DNA of 42,822 bases from Aeromonadales bacterium. Lineage in GTDB: Bacteria > Pseudomonadota > Gammaproteobacteria > Enterobacterales > GCA-002770795. Positions within the stretch are counted from its first letter, which is position 1, and each line of letters opens with the position of its first letter. The notes under the pieces are model-generated. The model saw only the letters and a list, made by a program, of their open reading frames with translations. It did not search any database and was not told the DNA's origin. Position numbers and translations under genes: made by a program. Below are positions 18,770 to 28,421 of the stretch, piece after piece. The stretch spans positions 1-42,822 of the forward strand of contig DRNA01000142.1 of NCBI GenBank assembly GCA_011322365.1, in the 5' to 3' direction.

Positions 18770-20587
18770 CTACTTCTGTTTATACAAAGGTTCAAGTTTA
18801 TTCTTACTGTCCTGTTTCCCCTGACTTTTTTTGGTAATGTTGTGAATCAGTTTCGCCAGTTTTTCACCTCGCCAGAAACTATTACCAGTTTTATATAAAA
18901 CCTCATTTAACTCTTTAACCTCCAGGGCTAATTCATTATCAACACGATCTATCAACTTATTCATGGTCATGTTTGATTCCTCAGGCCAATGTACTTTAGC
19001 CCATTCAAGAAGATTATTTCTCGTTGCCTGAGCATCATTATCTCTGCAGGACTGCTCAATTTTCTTAATCAGTTTTTTCTGTAAATCCACTATGGGTGGT
19101 AGATTTTTTCTGCTAACGAAACTTTCAGACTGTTTCACTTCAGAAACGGTGCTCTGCGTTTTCCTCTTTCTGTAAAACATATAACTCAATAACACAATTA
19201 CAAACAGGATAATTAAATACCAATAATACTCTGATTTAATATTATCCATTCTCTCTTTCCAGAACGATTTTTCTGTATTTTTTGCAATTCCACTATCAAC
19301 CAAATTATTTTTATCAACATCATTGACAGTGTTGTTTTCTGTATTACTCGAGGTATCTCCAACAGTGTTGTCTGCATCCTGTTTTTGAGTAACACTACCT
19401 TTTACAGTAATGGTAACTGCCTTAAGCTTAGCTACTTCAGCTCTGTTCTTTTTAGTATTCCACCAGGGGATCTTTATTTCGGGTAAGGTTACTTTTCCTG
19501 AAGTGGTTGGAATAATCGTTACCGTGGTTGTTAATGAAGTTATTTTGACACCGTCGACAATCTCTTCATTTTTCAGGCCGGGTGCCGCGTATTGTTTTAC
19601 ACCTTCTACATCCTCTAACTCAAGTTCTGGTAATTGATTAGAAGCCAGTCCCTCAGCTGTTACAGTAATAGTCCTTGTAATAGGTTCCCCTGCTGGATAG
19701 GGGCTTCTGGATTTATCCCATTCATCGAAAATAGTTAAGGATTGAGCTGGTAGCCAGTCTTTTCCCCGGAAGGAAGAAGGTATTTTTTTCACATTCAGGC
19801 TTATTTTGTTTGAAGCCAGTTCAATGGGCTTCCCCCTGCTGCCAAAAGCAGGGGTATTAAACATATCATCGAAAATACTATCAATACCGGAATTAAAGCC
19901 CCTTTCCTGTTTTACAGCTCGAAATAAAGCTGGCGATATAACGACCGTTCCACTTTTTTGCGGAATAATCGAGTATTGATATTCGTAAACAACATATCGT
20001 TTACCTTTAACAGTTATTTCATAATTTTTTTCTTTTCCAATTTGTTCAAATACCGCATCACCGGATACAACTTTAGGTGGCACCAGAGAAGCACGATCAA
20101 TCTGAGTACCTACATATAATTTCAAAGTATATAATACTTCCTGTTGAACAAATGTGGATTTATGATTGACCTCAGATTTGAGCATAATCTCATTACTGTT
20201 TAAAGACCTGGGCAAATCTGATAAAGGAGAAACTTTAATCTGTACAGGCGACGTTTTATCATTGCCCACTGCTATAGCCGGGATGGTTAATACTCCCTCT
20301 TGCAAGGGCATCAAGGTTAATACGATCTCCCGCTTCTGACTTATTCTACCATTAATTATCGTAGTACTGGATTGTGAACTCCGCCCCAGAACCTGAAACT
20401 CCGGCTGTAAAACAGATAAGTCCATATCCGAATAATCATTTACATGGCTCACATCAATTGTAAGATGGAAAGATTGCTGAACACCCACATTTGTTCTATC
20501 CACAGAAGCTGGCACCTTAGCCATCAGAGGCAATGAACACACGAATATCATCAAAACTAAAAATGATCGTATAGTTTTAGTTACCAT
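18770..20587 (-). CDS. batD: BatD family protein
   Basis: Signal peptide, ASVDR, SSQSSTTIING, WLPAQSL, GEPITRTI, IPWWNT, C-terminal TM, ending PLY; last large gene of the moxR operon. Confidence 0.88.
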   Translation of the reverse strand: MVTKTIRSFLVLMIFVCSLPLMAKVPASVDRTNVGVQQSFHLTIDVSHVNDYSDMDLSVLQPEFQVLGRSSQSSTTIINGRISQKREIVLTLMPLQEGVLTIPAIAVGNDKTSPVQIKVSPLSDLPRSLNSNEIMLKSEVNHKSTFVQQEVLYTLKLYVGTQIDRASLVPPKVVSGDAVFEQIGKEKNYEITVKGKRYVVYEYQYSIIPQKSGTVVISPALFRAVKQERGFNSGIDSIFDDMFNTPAFGSRGKPIELASNKISLNVKKIPSSFRGKDWLPAQSLTIFDEWDKSRSPYPAGEPITRTITVTAEGLASNQLPELELEDVEGVKQYAAPGLKNEEIVDGVKITSLTTTVTIIPTTSGKVTLPEIKIPWWNTKKNRAEVAKLKAVTITVKGSVTQKQDADNTVGDTSSNTENNTVNDVDKNNLVDSGIAKNTEKSFWKERMDNIKSEYYWYLIILFVIVLLSYMFYRKRKTQSTVSEVKQSESFVSRKNLPPIVDLQKKLIKKIEQSCRDNDAQATRNNLLEWAKVHWPEESNMTMNKLIDRVDNELALEVKELNEVLYKTGNSFWRGEKLAKLIHNITKKSQGKQDSKNKLEPLYKQK

Positions 20588-22521
20588 TGTTTTTCTCCTG
20601 TATTTCTGGGTCGTTTACTACTGTTTTTATATTGATATAAAAATTTTCGCTTCCACAATAAAGATGGGTCATCCGGTATTCTTCTAAGCCATTGCTTTTT
20701 CTCTTCATCTTTTTCATTCGGTTTCATTTTTCTGGCTTGAGCAGCCAACTTCTGTTTCTCTTCCTCTGACTTTTGTTGTTTCTGTTTCGACTGCTGTCGA
20801 TTTTTTTGTTTTTTCTGTTCTTTTTTCTGCTGCTCTTTATCTTTATTTTCTAATTCCTTTCGCTTTTTTTCCTGTTGCTGACGCTTTTTTCTTTCTTCAT
20901 CAGACATTTTCTGCTGTTGACTGTCAGCATTCTTTTTATCCTTGTCTTTCTGCTTTTCATTCTGATTGTTTTTAGAAGATTTCTGTTTTTTATCTTTCTT
21001 CTGTTTGTTTTTCTGGTCTTTATTCTTTTTCTTGTCCTTGTTGTCTTTGGAGTTCTCACCCTTTCCATTTTTATCTTTTGACTGTTTTTTATTATCTTTC
21101 TGATTTTTTTTATTATCTTTTTTGTTCTTTTTGTTTTTCTGCTGCTTCTTTTTCTGTTGCTCCAGCAATTTCTTGTTATAAACAGCGTCTTCATTATTAA
21201 CATCAAGTTTAATAGCTTTCTCATAGGAAGCTATAGCTTCATCAATCTTACCCAGGCGTGCCAGTATATTACCTCGATTGTACCAGTCATCCGACGTTTT
21301 CAAATCTTTAGAATCCTGCAACGCCTGCTCATAGTTTCCACTTTTATATTCAGCAGCCTGCTTCCATTTTGGCTCAGTGAATAATTTGGTGGATTCCTCA
21401 TAGTTACCTTTGTCAAATTTTTGCTTGGCAATCTGATTTTTGTTCAAAAACAATTCCTCAAACTCAGATGCTTTTGCATTTTGAGTGTGCAGAAATGGAA
21501 CGACTAATAATAACGCCAGGGCTTTGTAATTCATTTGTTTTTTTCTGAAAATTAATGCTATAAACAACAGAGATGCCAATACAAACCATGGCCCTTCCTG
21601 AACCCGACTATCAACCTTAAGATCGTCAGTAGTTTTTTTAATAGAATTTACCGTTTCATCAAACAATCTGGATAATGCTTCAACATCCGAATTGTCAGAC
21701 TTCATTTCATAAAACAGACCACCACCAGAATGAGCAACAGCCTTCATCTTATCTGGATTTATCTTTGCTATGACCATTTGACCACGCTGATTAGTAATAA
21801 ATGAACCCCTATAAGGAACAGGTGCCCCCTGTTTGGTACCTATAGCTAAAACAGAAACCAGATAACCTTTATTCCGGGCCGTTTGAGCAGCTTTTAAATC
21901 AACATCTCCATTGAGTTCATCTGTAACCAGTAAAATATTACCTTTAGGTTGATTGGCCTGTTTTAACAGATCAATCGCCTTGTCTATGGCTTCTTCTGGA
22001 TGGTTTCCCTGTACAGGCATAATGGAAGGAACCAATATGGGTAACTGTGCCAGAATAGTTTTAGTATCACCTGTTAACGGTGTAACTGTAAACGCTTCAC
22101 CTGCATAGACAATTAATGCTGTCATGCCTTCTTTTCGTTTTTTTAATATATCTTCAATTTTAAATTTAGCACGCTGAAGTCTGGATGGCTTTACATCCGT
22201 GGCCAGCATGGATCGTGACAAATCCAGTGCGATTACTAATGCTGATTCATTCACCAATGCCGGATTTTTATTTTCTTTCCAGCCAGGTCCGGCTAAAGCC
22301 GTGATTAATAACAAACCAGCTATTAATGTCATAATACTTTGCCAGATATTTTGACCCTTTGCTGGTTTTTCCAAAACAAATGGTAACAGTTTTTTATCAC
22401 ATACTTTCTCCCATTGGCTATGTCGAACAGTTTGATAAAAGCTGGTAAAAATAAACCAAACAAGGGCAATGATGGCAAGAAACCACCAGGGTCTTTCAAA
22501 AAAAAGATGAGTTAAGTTCAT
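20581..22521 (-). CDS. VWA + TPR protein (BatB/BatC-like fusion)
   Basis: MIDAS DLSRSM, PSRLQRAK, TPLTGD, LLVTD; TPR WYNRGNILARLGKIDEAIASYEKA; K/Q/N/D-rich linker; WLRRIPDDP tail. Confidence 0.9.
   Translation of the reverse strand: MNLTHLFFERPWWFLAIIALVWFIFTSFYQTVRHSQWEKVCDKKLLPFVLEKPAKGQNIWQSIMTLIAGLLLITALAGPGWKENKNPALVNESALVIALDLSRSMLATDVKPSRLQRAKFKIEDILKKRKEGMTALIVYAGEAFTVTPLTGDTKTILAQLPILVPSIMPVQGNHPEEAIDKAIDLLKQANQPKGNILLVTDELNGDVDLKAAQTARNKGYLVSVLAIGTKQGAPVPYRGSFITNQRGQMVIAKINPDKMKAVAHSGGGLFYEMKSDNSDVEALSRLFDETVNSIKKTTDDLKVDSRVQEGPWFVLASLLFIALIFRKKQMNYKALALLLVVPFLHTQNAKASEFEELFLNKNQIAKQKFDKGNYEESTKLFTEPKWKQAAEYKSGNYEQALQDSKDLKTSDDWYNRGNILARLGKIDEAIASYEKAIKLDVNNEDAVYNKKLLEQQKKKQQKNKKNKKDNKKNQKDNKKQSKDKNGKGENSKDNKDKKKNKDQKNKQKKDKKQKSSKNNQNEKQKDKDKKNADSQQQKMSDEERKKRQQQEKKRKELENKDKEQQKKEQKKQKNRQQSKQKQQKSEEEKQKLAAQARKMKPNEKDEEKKQWLRRIPDDPSLLWKRKFLYQYKNSSKRPRNTGEKQW
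20700..21165 (-). repeat. Low-complexity K/Q/N/D-rich coding segment
   Basis: Long T-rich tracts on the plus strand encoding QQKKKQQKNKKNKKDNKKNQKDNKK... Confidence 0.8.
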
Positions 22522-22524
22522 TTT

Positions 22525-23502
22525 CTATCTCCTGCTTTTCAAACTTATCAATCCGGCCAATACCAGAAAAAAGATGCCTGCCAGTAAAGGCCAGTAATAC
22601 ATTGATTGCTTGGGTCTAAAATATTGAGCCTCCTGTGAAATAGGTTCTAATTGATCCAGTAATTGATATATTCTATTTAACTGCTGTAAATTATTTGCGC
22701 GGAAATATTTCCCACCGGTAATATCTGCTATTTTCTTCAAGGTCTTTTCATCAAGATCACTACCCATTCGCATTAATCCAAACTGCGTACTTTGTGTTGC
22801 TGCACCTATTCCGATAGTATAAATTTTCAAACCATCAGATTTCGCTAACTCAGCAGCCTTAATAGGATCAATTTCACCAGCAGTATTCGCACCATCGGTA
22901 AGCAGTATTAATATTTTCTGTTTACTTTTAATCTCACTGAACTTTTTTACAGCTAGTCCAATAGCATTACCTATCGCTGTATTAGTACCTGCCAGCTGAA
23001 TGAAGGATTCATCAAGCAGTCTTTTTACTGTCTTCCGGTCAAAAGTTAATGGACTTTGTACATAAGCCTGATCACCGAATAATATGAGGCCAATTCGATC
23101 ACCTTTCCTTTTTTCTATAAAAGCGCCAGCGACCAGTTTGGTTGCAGTTAAGCGATCAATCCATTGTCCCTTATAGTTAAAATCTTCCTTATCCATACTA
23201 CCGGATAAATCTACTGCCATCATGATATTTCTGCCTTTTGTAGGTAAAGCTACCGGTTCTCCAACCCACATGGGATTAGCTGCCGATATTACCAATGCAA
23301 TCCAGGCAATAAGTGATAACCACCATACCCAGTGACTGGCTTTTTCTTCATCATCATGGCCACCAGTTGCGGCATAAACTTCGTCAAAAAATGGCGCAAT
23401 CAATGCCGCTTTTTTAGCTCTTTTGGCTGCAGGCAGCAGGAAATATACCAGTATGGGTAAGGGCAATAAATACAGTACCCAGAGGTTGACAAATTCAAGC
23501 AT
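22525..23502 (-). CDS. VWA domain membrane protein (BatA-like)
   Basis: MIDAS DLSGSM, GDRIGLILFG, SPLTFD, TAIGNAIGLA, LLTDGANTAG; N- and C-terminal TMs. Confidence 0.92.
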   Translation of the reverse strand: MLEFVNLWVLYLLPLPILVYFLLPAAKRAKKAALIAPFFDEVYAATGGHDDEEKASHWVWWLSLIAWIALVISAANPMWVGEPVALPTKGRNIMMAVDLSGSMDKEDFNYKGQWIDRLTATKLVAGAFIEKRKGDRIGLILFGDQAYVQSPLTFDRKTVKRLLDESFIQLAGTNTAIGNAIGLAVKKFSEIKSKQKILILLTDGANTAGEIDPIKAAELAKSDGLKIYTIGIGAATQSTQFGLMRMGSDLDEKTLKKIADITGGKYFRANNLQQLNRIYQLLDQLEPISQEAQYFRPKQSMYYWPLLAGIFFLVLAGLISLKSRR

Positions 23503-24010
23503 GTTGACCTCCGGAATGTATCTCTAGCACTTTATGCTGAGGTTTTTGTTTGTAAGCCGTTTTAATCCAGTTAGTAACCAGAGATTCCAGCTCTTCAATC
23601 TTTTCCACAGGCCTGTCTTTATAGGGCGCAGTAATTAACATCCGACCGACTCCCTGAGTAAACTGATCCGTCTGCCCCAATTGATCGAGTAGTTGCAGCC
23701 ACTTTTCACCAGTTACCGATGCCGTTTGCCCTCGGCTCGCCAGTGTCATTACACACTGCCGAAGCAATATAGATAGCTCTTTAATATACCGACTACTATC
23801 CTGATGCTGTTGGTAGTGCTGCTTTATAGAACAAAACTGATTTAATGCAATGGTAATAAATCTGGCCTGTTTCCATTTCCTATATTGTATGATGGCAACA
23901 GGAGTCACAATAACCAAAGCCAACAATACCCACCAGATAGGAGCCAATGGCCACCAGTCTACTGTAGCTGGAAGATGAATATCTCTTAAGGGTAACTGTT
24001 GCGGATTCAT
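23495..24010 (-). CDS. DUF4381 family protein
   Basis: LPLRDIHLP..VDWWPLAP, TM, TGEKWLQLLD; overlaps both neighbouring genes. Confidence 0.88.
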   Translation of the reverse strand: MNPQQLPLRDIHLPATVDWWPLAPIWWVLLALVIVTPVAIIQYRKWKQARFITIALNQFCSIKQHYQQHQDSSRYIKELSILLRQCVMTLASRGQTASVTGEKWLQLLDQLGQTDQFTQGVGRMLITAPYKDRPVEKIEELESLVTNWIKTAYKQKPQHKVLEIHSGGQHA

Positions 24011-24984
24011 ACAAATTCTCCCACTTTAAATTCATCTCTGTACTCATTTAATGCACGATAGGTCGCAACAATGGGTTCATCCGTTGTTAATACCTGAGTG
24101 CAATTTATACCGGGATACTTTGCCATATCCATAACCGCATTAATCCGATCGCTTACCGCCTTATAATATTTTCCCATTACTTTTTTATTTGCTGTATTAA
24201 TATTAATCTGTTTTTCTCTGTTACTAATGGCGTAGCGTCCATGACTGGGTAAATGGATCTCAACAGGATCCAGTATCAAGGTTAATAAAATATCCTGATG
24301 CCGTGATAGGCGTAACAGAAATTTTTTGCATTCATCATCCCAACCCCGAAAATCACTAAAGATGTAAAGTGCTACTCCCGGATGTTTCATCTGAGACAGG
24401 CTTTGTAATTTTTGTAGAAAGGTCAGAGGTTGCTGTTTTGATTGAGGTTGATTTTTCACCTGACTCAATTGCCCCAATAACTGAATAAAGCCTTTTCGAG
24501 AACGTGCCGCATTAAAATGAGCCACTTTAGTATCGGTAACAGAAAAACCACCAACCCGATTGTGTTTTTGTAACTCATGCCATCCAACCAGCGCTGCCAG
24601 TTTTGAGGCAACAACCGATTTATATAAACCCTGAGTTGCAAATTGCATCGATTGGCTTTGATCGATCCATAAAAATAATGGACGTTCTCTTTCTTCCTGA
24701 TATAAATTGGTATGAACTTCCCCGGTCCGGGCCAGTGCCATCCAGTTTATGTCCCGAACATCATCACCTTCTTCATAGCGACGAATATCGGCAAGTTCCA
24801 TACCTCGCCCTTTAAACGCAGAAAGCATCGAACCCTTATACTGACTTTTAATGGCATTTATTGGCAACTGGAAATGCTGCGCAAAACGGCTTAAGGAAAT
24901 CAGTTCATGCAAATCTACTACAGTAGGATCGCCTGTAAGATTTGAGCTGTGTTTTTGTGCTGTCTGCATTATCATTCCGCGCAC
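24007..24984 (-). CDS. DUF58 family protein
   Basis: KGRGMELADIRRYEEGDDVRDINW, YQEERER, DQSQSMQF, IFSDF. Confidence 0.9.
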   Translation of the reverse strand: MRGMIMQTAQKHSSNLTGDPTVVDLHELISLSRFAQHFQLPINAIKSQYKGSMLSAFKGRGMELADIRRYEEGDDVRDINWMALARTGEVHTNLYQEERERPLFLWIDQSQSMQFATQGLYKSVVASKLAALVGWHELQKHNRVGGFSVTDTKVAHFNAARSRKGFIQLLGQLSQVKNQPQSKQQPLTFLQKLQSLSQMKHPGVALYIFSDFRGWDDECKKFLLRLSRHQDILLTLILDPVEIHLPSHGRYAISNREKQININTANKKVMGKYYKAVSDRINAVMDMAKYPGINCTQVLTTDEPIVATYRALNEYRDEFKVGEFV

Positions 24985-24987
24985 TCC

Positions 24988-25986
24988 TTAAGGTACTGCG
25001 ATCTCTTCCATTAATTCACTGATAAACTGATCTTTACTGATGCCCTGAGCCTCAGCTTCATAAGAAAGGCCTATTCTATGTCGAAGCACATCATGCACAA
25101 TATCCTGAATATCATCAGGTGTGACAAAATCTCTACCTGCCAGCCAGGCCTTTGCTCTTGAACATCGATCCAGCGCAATAGTAGCTCTTGGGCTTGCTCC
25201 AAATTCCAGCAAATTTTCAAACTTATTACCATAGACCTGAGGATTCCGTGTGGCAATTACTATGGCCACCAGATAATCTTCCAGTTGTTCAGACATATGC
25301 ACATTGAGCACTTCTTTTCGTGCTTCAAAAATACTTTTTTGTGAAAGTTGAGTCCTGGCTTTCTGCTCATCATCTTTGGTCAGTGTTTCATTTCTGACAC
25401 AACGTAATATCTCTTTTTCTGTAGTCTGGTTTGGATAATCCACAGGTATATGCAGCAAAAAGCGATCGAGCTGAGCTTCCGGTAGCGGATAGGTGCCTTC
25501 CTGTTCAATGGGATTTTGAGTTGCCATTACCAGAAATAATTCCGGTAGCTGATAAGTTACACCACTGACGGTAACCTGCCTTTCGCCCATCGCTTCCAGT
25601 AAAGCTGATTGTACTTTTGCTGGTGCCCGATTAATTTCATCTGCCAGAATAAGATTATGAAAAAGAGGCCCTTCTCTGAAACTAAATTCACTCAGTTGGG
25701 GTAGGAAAATCTCTGTACCAGTTAAATCAGAGGGTAATAAATCCGGGGTAAACTGTAATCGTCTAAAATCCCCTTCGATATAACTACTAAGCAAATTAAC
25801 CGCCCGGGTTTTTGCCAGGCCAGGCGCACCTTCAACCAGAATATGTCCATCTGCCAGCAACGCTACCAGCAAACTGTCCAGCATATATTCCTGACCAATA
25901 ATGCCTTTGCTCAAGTTATCTTTAAGCATAGCGAATTTAACCTGATTGGCCGATTTAGTATCTTCAGTTTTTTGTATTGAGTCCAT
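24988..25986 (-). CDS. moxR: MoxR family AAA+ ATPase
   Basis: EGAPGLAKT, QFTPDLLPSD, LADEINRAPAKVQSALLEAM, ATQNPIEQEGTYPLPEAQLDRF. Start placed at ATG 25986 (GAGG RBS). Confidence 0.95.
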   Translation of the reverse strand: MDSIQKTEDTKSANQVKFAMLKDNLSKGIIGQEYMLDSLLVALLADGHILVEGAPGLAKTRAVNLLSSYIEGDFRRLQFTPDLLPSDLTGTEIFLPQLSEFSFREGPLFHNLILADEINRAPAKVQSALLEAMGERQVTVSGVTYQLPELFLVMATQNPIEQEGTYPLPEAQLDRFLLHIPVDYPNQTTEKEILRCVRNETLTKDDEQKARTQLSQKSIFEARKEVLNVHMSEQLEDYLVAIVIATRNPQVYGNKFENLLEFGASPRATIALDRCSRAKAWLAGRDFVTPDDIQDIVHDVLRHRIGLSYEAEAQGISKDQFISELMEEIAVP

Positions 25987-26051
25987 GGTTTTACCTCGTT
26001 TGTTCAATTGTGGTTATAATAACCCGTTGTCTATTACAACAAGGTGGATTT

Positions 26052-26073
26052 AACATTACAGAAAGTTAATGTT
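26052..26073. promoter_or_regulatory. Inverted repeat resembling a CopR/CusR-type box in the divergent moxR / response-regulator promoter region
   Basis: AACATTA-CAGAAAGT-TAATGTT; a second CATTACA lies at 26090-26096. Confidence 0.5.
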
Positions 26074-26147
26074 TTAGTGATTAAATTTGCATTACACTTT
26101 CATTGACCCCATATTGACACTTATCTGTTTCCAGGTACTATCAGACC

Positions 26148-26840
26148 ATGAAAGTTTTATTAATTGAAGACGATAAAAATACCATTGATTTTATTCAGAA
26201 AGGCTTACATGAAGCCGGGCATAGTGTTGTTATCAGTGAAAATGGCAAAGAAGGTTTATTTCAGGCACTGGAACTTGAGTTTGATGTGATGGTTATCGAT
26301 CGTATGTTACCCGGCTTAGATGGATTATCCATTATTAGCACCATTCGCAATGCACATATCAAAACACCCATTATTATTCTCAGCGCGTTGAGTGACGTTA
26401 ATCAACGTGTCGAAGGACTCAAATCAGGTGCCGATGACTACCTCTCCAAACCTTTTGCTTTTTCTGAACTACTGGCTCGACTGGAAGTTTTAACTCGTCG
26501 GATTTTTGTTGAAGAACAACAAACTATCCTGACTATTGACGATCTGGAAATGGACCTGCTATCACATCAGGTAAAAAGGGCCGGAAAGGTCCTGGATCTG
26601 CAATCCAGAGAATATCGATTACTGGAATATTTACTCAAACATCAGGGACAGGTTGTTACCCGTACCATGCTGCTGGAAAATGTCTGGGATTATCATTTTG
26701 ATCCACAAACTAATATTATTGATGTACATATCAGTCGGTTGCGTGCCAAAGTTGATAAAGGCTTTGAAAACCCACTCATCCATACAGTTCGAGGTGCTGG
26801 TTATACCTTGCGTGTCGATGAAAAAAATGATGAGAGCTAA
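26148..26840 (+). CDS. OmpR/PhoB-family response regulator (CusR/IrlR-like)
   Basis: LLIEDD, DRMLPGLDG, GADDYLSKPF; winged helix TRTMLLENVWDYHFDPQTNIIDVHISRLR...TVRGAGY. Confidence 0.95.
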   Translation: MKVLLIEDDKNTIDFIQKGLHEAGHSVVISENGKEGLFQALELEFDVMVIDRMLPGLDGLSIISTIRNAHIKTPIIILSALSDVNQRVEGLKSGADDYLSKPFAFSELLARLEVLTRRIFVEEQQTILTIDDLEMDLLSHQVKRAGKVLDLQSREYRLLEYLLKHQGQVVTRTMLLENVWDYHFDPQTNIIDVHISRLRAKVDKGFENPLIHTVRGAGYTLRVDEKNDES

Positions 26841-26843
26841 CTG

Positions 26844-28232
26844 ATGAAATTATTTTCCAGCAATAGCTTTAAACTGGCACTATTATATCTACTGATATTT
26901 TCTTCATCCGTTTTTTTGCTGATCAGTTATTTTTATCAATCAACTTTAGGATTTCTTGAAGCCGAAACCGATACTACCATTGAAATAGAAATTCAGGGAC
27001 TGGCGGAACAATATCAAAAACGAGGCCTGAATGAACTGATAGATATTATTCAACAACGTTTGAAAAGAGGCCCTGTCACCCAGTCAATTTATTTACTGAC
27101 CGATTCCGAAAAAAAAATTATCGTCGGTAATTTGAGTGCCTGGCCAGAAAATGCCACACTGAAAAATGGTTGGCTTAATTTCAGTTTGCAGACACAGAAT
27201 CCCAACCTGGAGCAACATCAGGTAAGAGCAAAGCAATTCAGACTGCTTGGAAATTACTATTTAATTGTGGGTCGTGACATCCATGAGCTGGCAGAAACCA
27301 AACAACTGATGTTTGATGCTCTCTTATGGGGCCTTTCCCTAACACTGATTTTAGGTTTATTGGGTGGCTATATACTTACTCGGAAAATATTGGGTAAAGT
27401 TGCCCGCCTGGATGATAGCTGCCGTACTATTATTGAAGGTCAGTTAACAAAACGCGTTCCTCGGGATTTTTCAAATGATGAATTTGATTCTCTGGCAGAA
27501 ACCATTAACTTAATGTTGGATAAAATTAATCAGCTAATGATCGGCATCACGCAGGTAACAGATAATATTGCTCATGATCTCCGTACACCTTTATCCAGAC
27601 TGAAGCAATCACTTGATTCGGCGTTGAACGACCAACTGGATAAGGATGCCCGACAGCAACTGATTGCTACCAGTATGGATGAAGCAGATAACCTCATCAC
27701 TACATTTAATGCATTATTAAATATTGCCTATGTTGAAAATACTGATAAGCAAATTGAGTTAACAGAGGTGGATCTGGCTCTCATATTAGGTGATGTGTAT
27801 GAACTTTACTATCCCCTTGCAGAAAATAAAAATCAACAATTTATTCTTCATATACAGGAAAATATTTCTTTCTTAATCTTATCTGAACACAACCTGTTAT
27901 TTCAGGCATTGACTAACTTAATTGACAATGCGATTAAATTCACACCCGACAATGGCATTATCACGATTAAACTAAGCCAACAGAACAATCAGTTCATTTT
28001 AATTCTATCCGATAATGGCTGTGGCATTCCTGAGGAAGATATTGATCGGGTTTTCAATCGATTTTTCCGTTCAGATAATAGCAGAACCTTGCCCGGAACC
28101 GGTCTTGGCCTGAGCCTGGTTGCTGCGGTTTGTAAACGCCTTCATATTCAACTCTCTCTGGAAAATCTTAATCCAGGTCTAAAAGTTAAACTGGTTTTTT
28201 CTGAATTAAAGCCCTTTAATTTGGAAAAATAA
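26844..28232 (+). CDS. HAMP-containing sensor histidine kinase
   Basis: Two TMs, HAMP, H-box IAHDLRTPL, N-box NLIDNAIKF, DNGCGI, GTGLGLS. Confidence 0.95.
   Translation: MKLFSSNSFKLALLYLLIFSSSVFLLISYFYQSTLGFLEAETDTTIEIEIQGLAEQYQKRGLNELIDIIQQRLKRGPVTQSIYLLTDSEKKIIVGNLSAWPENATLKNGWLNFSLQTQNPNLEQHQVRAKQFRLLGNYYLIVGRDIHELAETKQLMFDALLWGLSLTLILGLLGGYILTRKILGKVARLDDSCRTIIEGQLTKRVPRDFSNDEFDSLAETINLMLDKINQLMIGITQVTDNIAHDLRTPLSRLKQSLDSALNDQLDKDARQQLIATSMDEADNLITTFNALLNIAYVENTDKQIELTEVDLALILGDVYELYYPLAENKNQQFILHIQENISFLILSEHNLLFQALTNLIDNAIKFTPDNGIITIKLSQQNNQFILILSDNGCGIPEEDIDRVFNRFFRSDNSRTLPGTGLGLSLVAAVCKRLHIQLSLENLNPGLKVKLVFSELKPFNLEK
28144..28199 (+). repeat. Direct repeat copy 1 (attL-like), inside the 3' end of the kinase gene
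   Basis: ATATTCAACTCTCTCTGGAAAATCTTAATCCAGG (34 bp) is identical to 35769-35802; 52/56 identity overall. Confidence 0.95.
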
Positions 28233-28334
28233 GCAAAGATTTACTTTTCGTACACCGTCCACCGTTGTCCGCTACAAAAACCGTACACTTTTATTGCTAT
28301 ATTCTCATCAAGCATAAGGCGTTATTTTATTATT

Positions 28335-28380
28335 TATCAATGGGTTAAAATTATCCACGAGTAATGGCATAAAACTTGCT
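28335..28380 (+). promoter_or_regulatory. Sigma54 promoter with IHF site for the exporter operon
   Basis: TGGCAT-AAAAC-TTGCT at 28365-28380; perfect IHF consensus TATCAATGGGTTA at 28335-28347; candidate enhancer TGTCCG-N9-CGTACA at about 28267-28287. Confidence 0.85.
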
Positions 28381-28421
28381 CTGTTAGTTACATCAGCTAC
28401 GTTAGTCTTTGGTTAAATATA

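Noticed and set aside
20700-21224. T-rich repetitive tract as a tandem repeat array, contingency locus or separate basic ORF
   Set aside because: It encodes the usual low-complexity linker of VWA-TPR (BatB/C) proteins; the frame is intact and there is no regular repeat unit.
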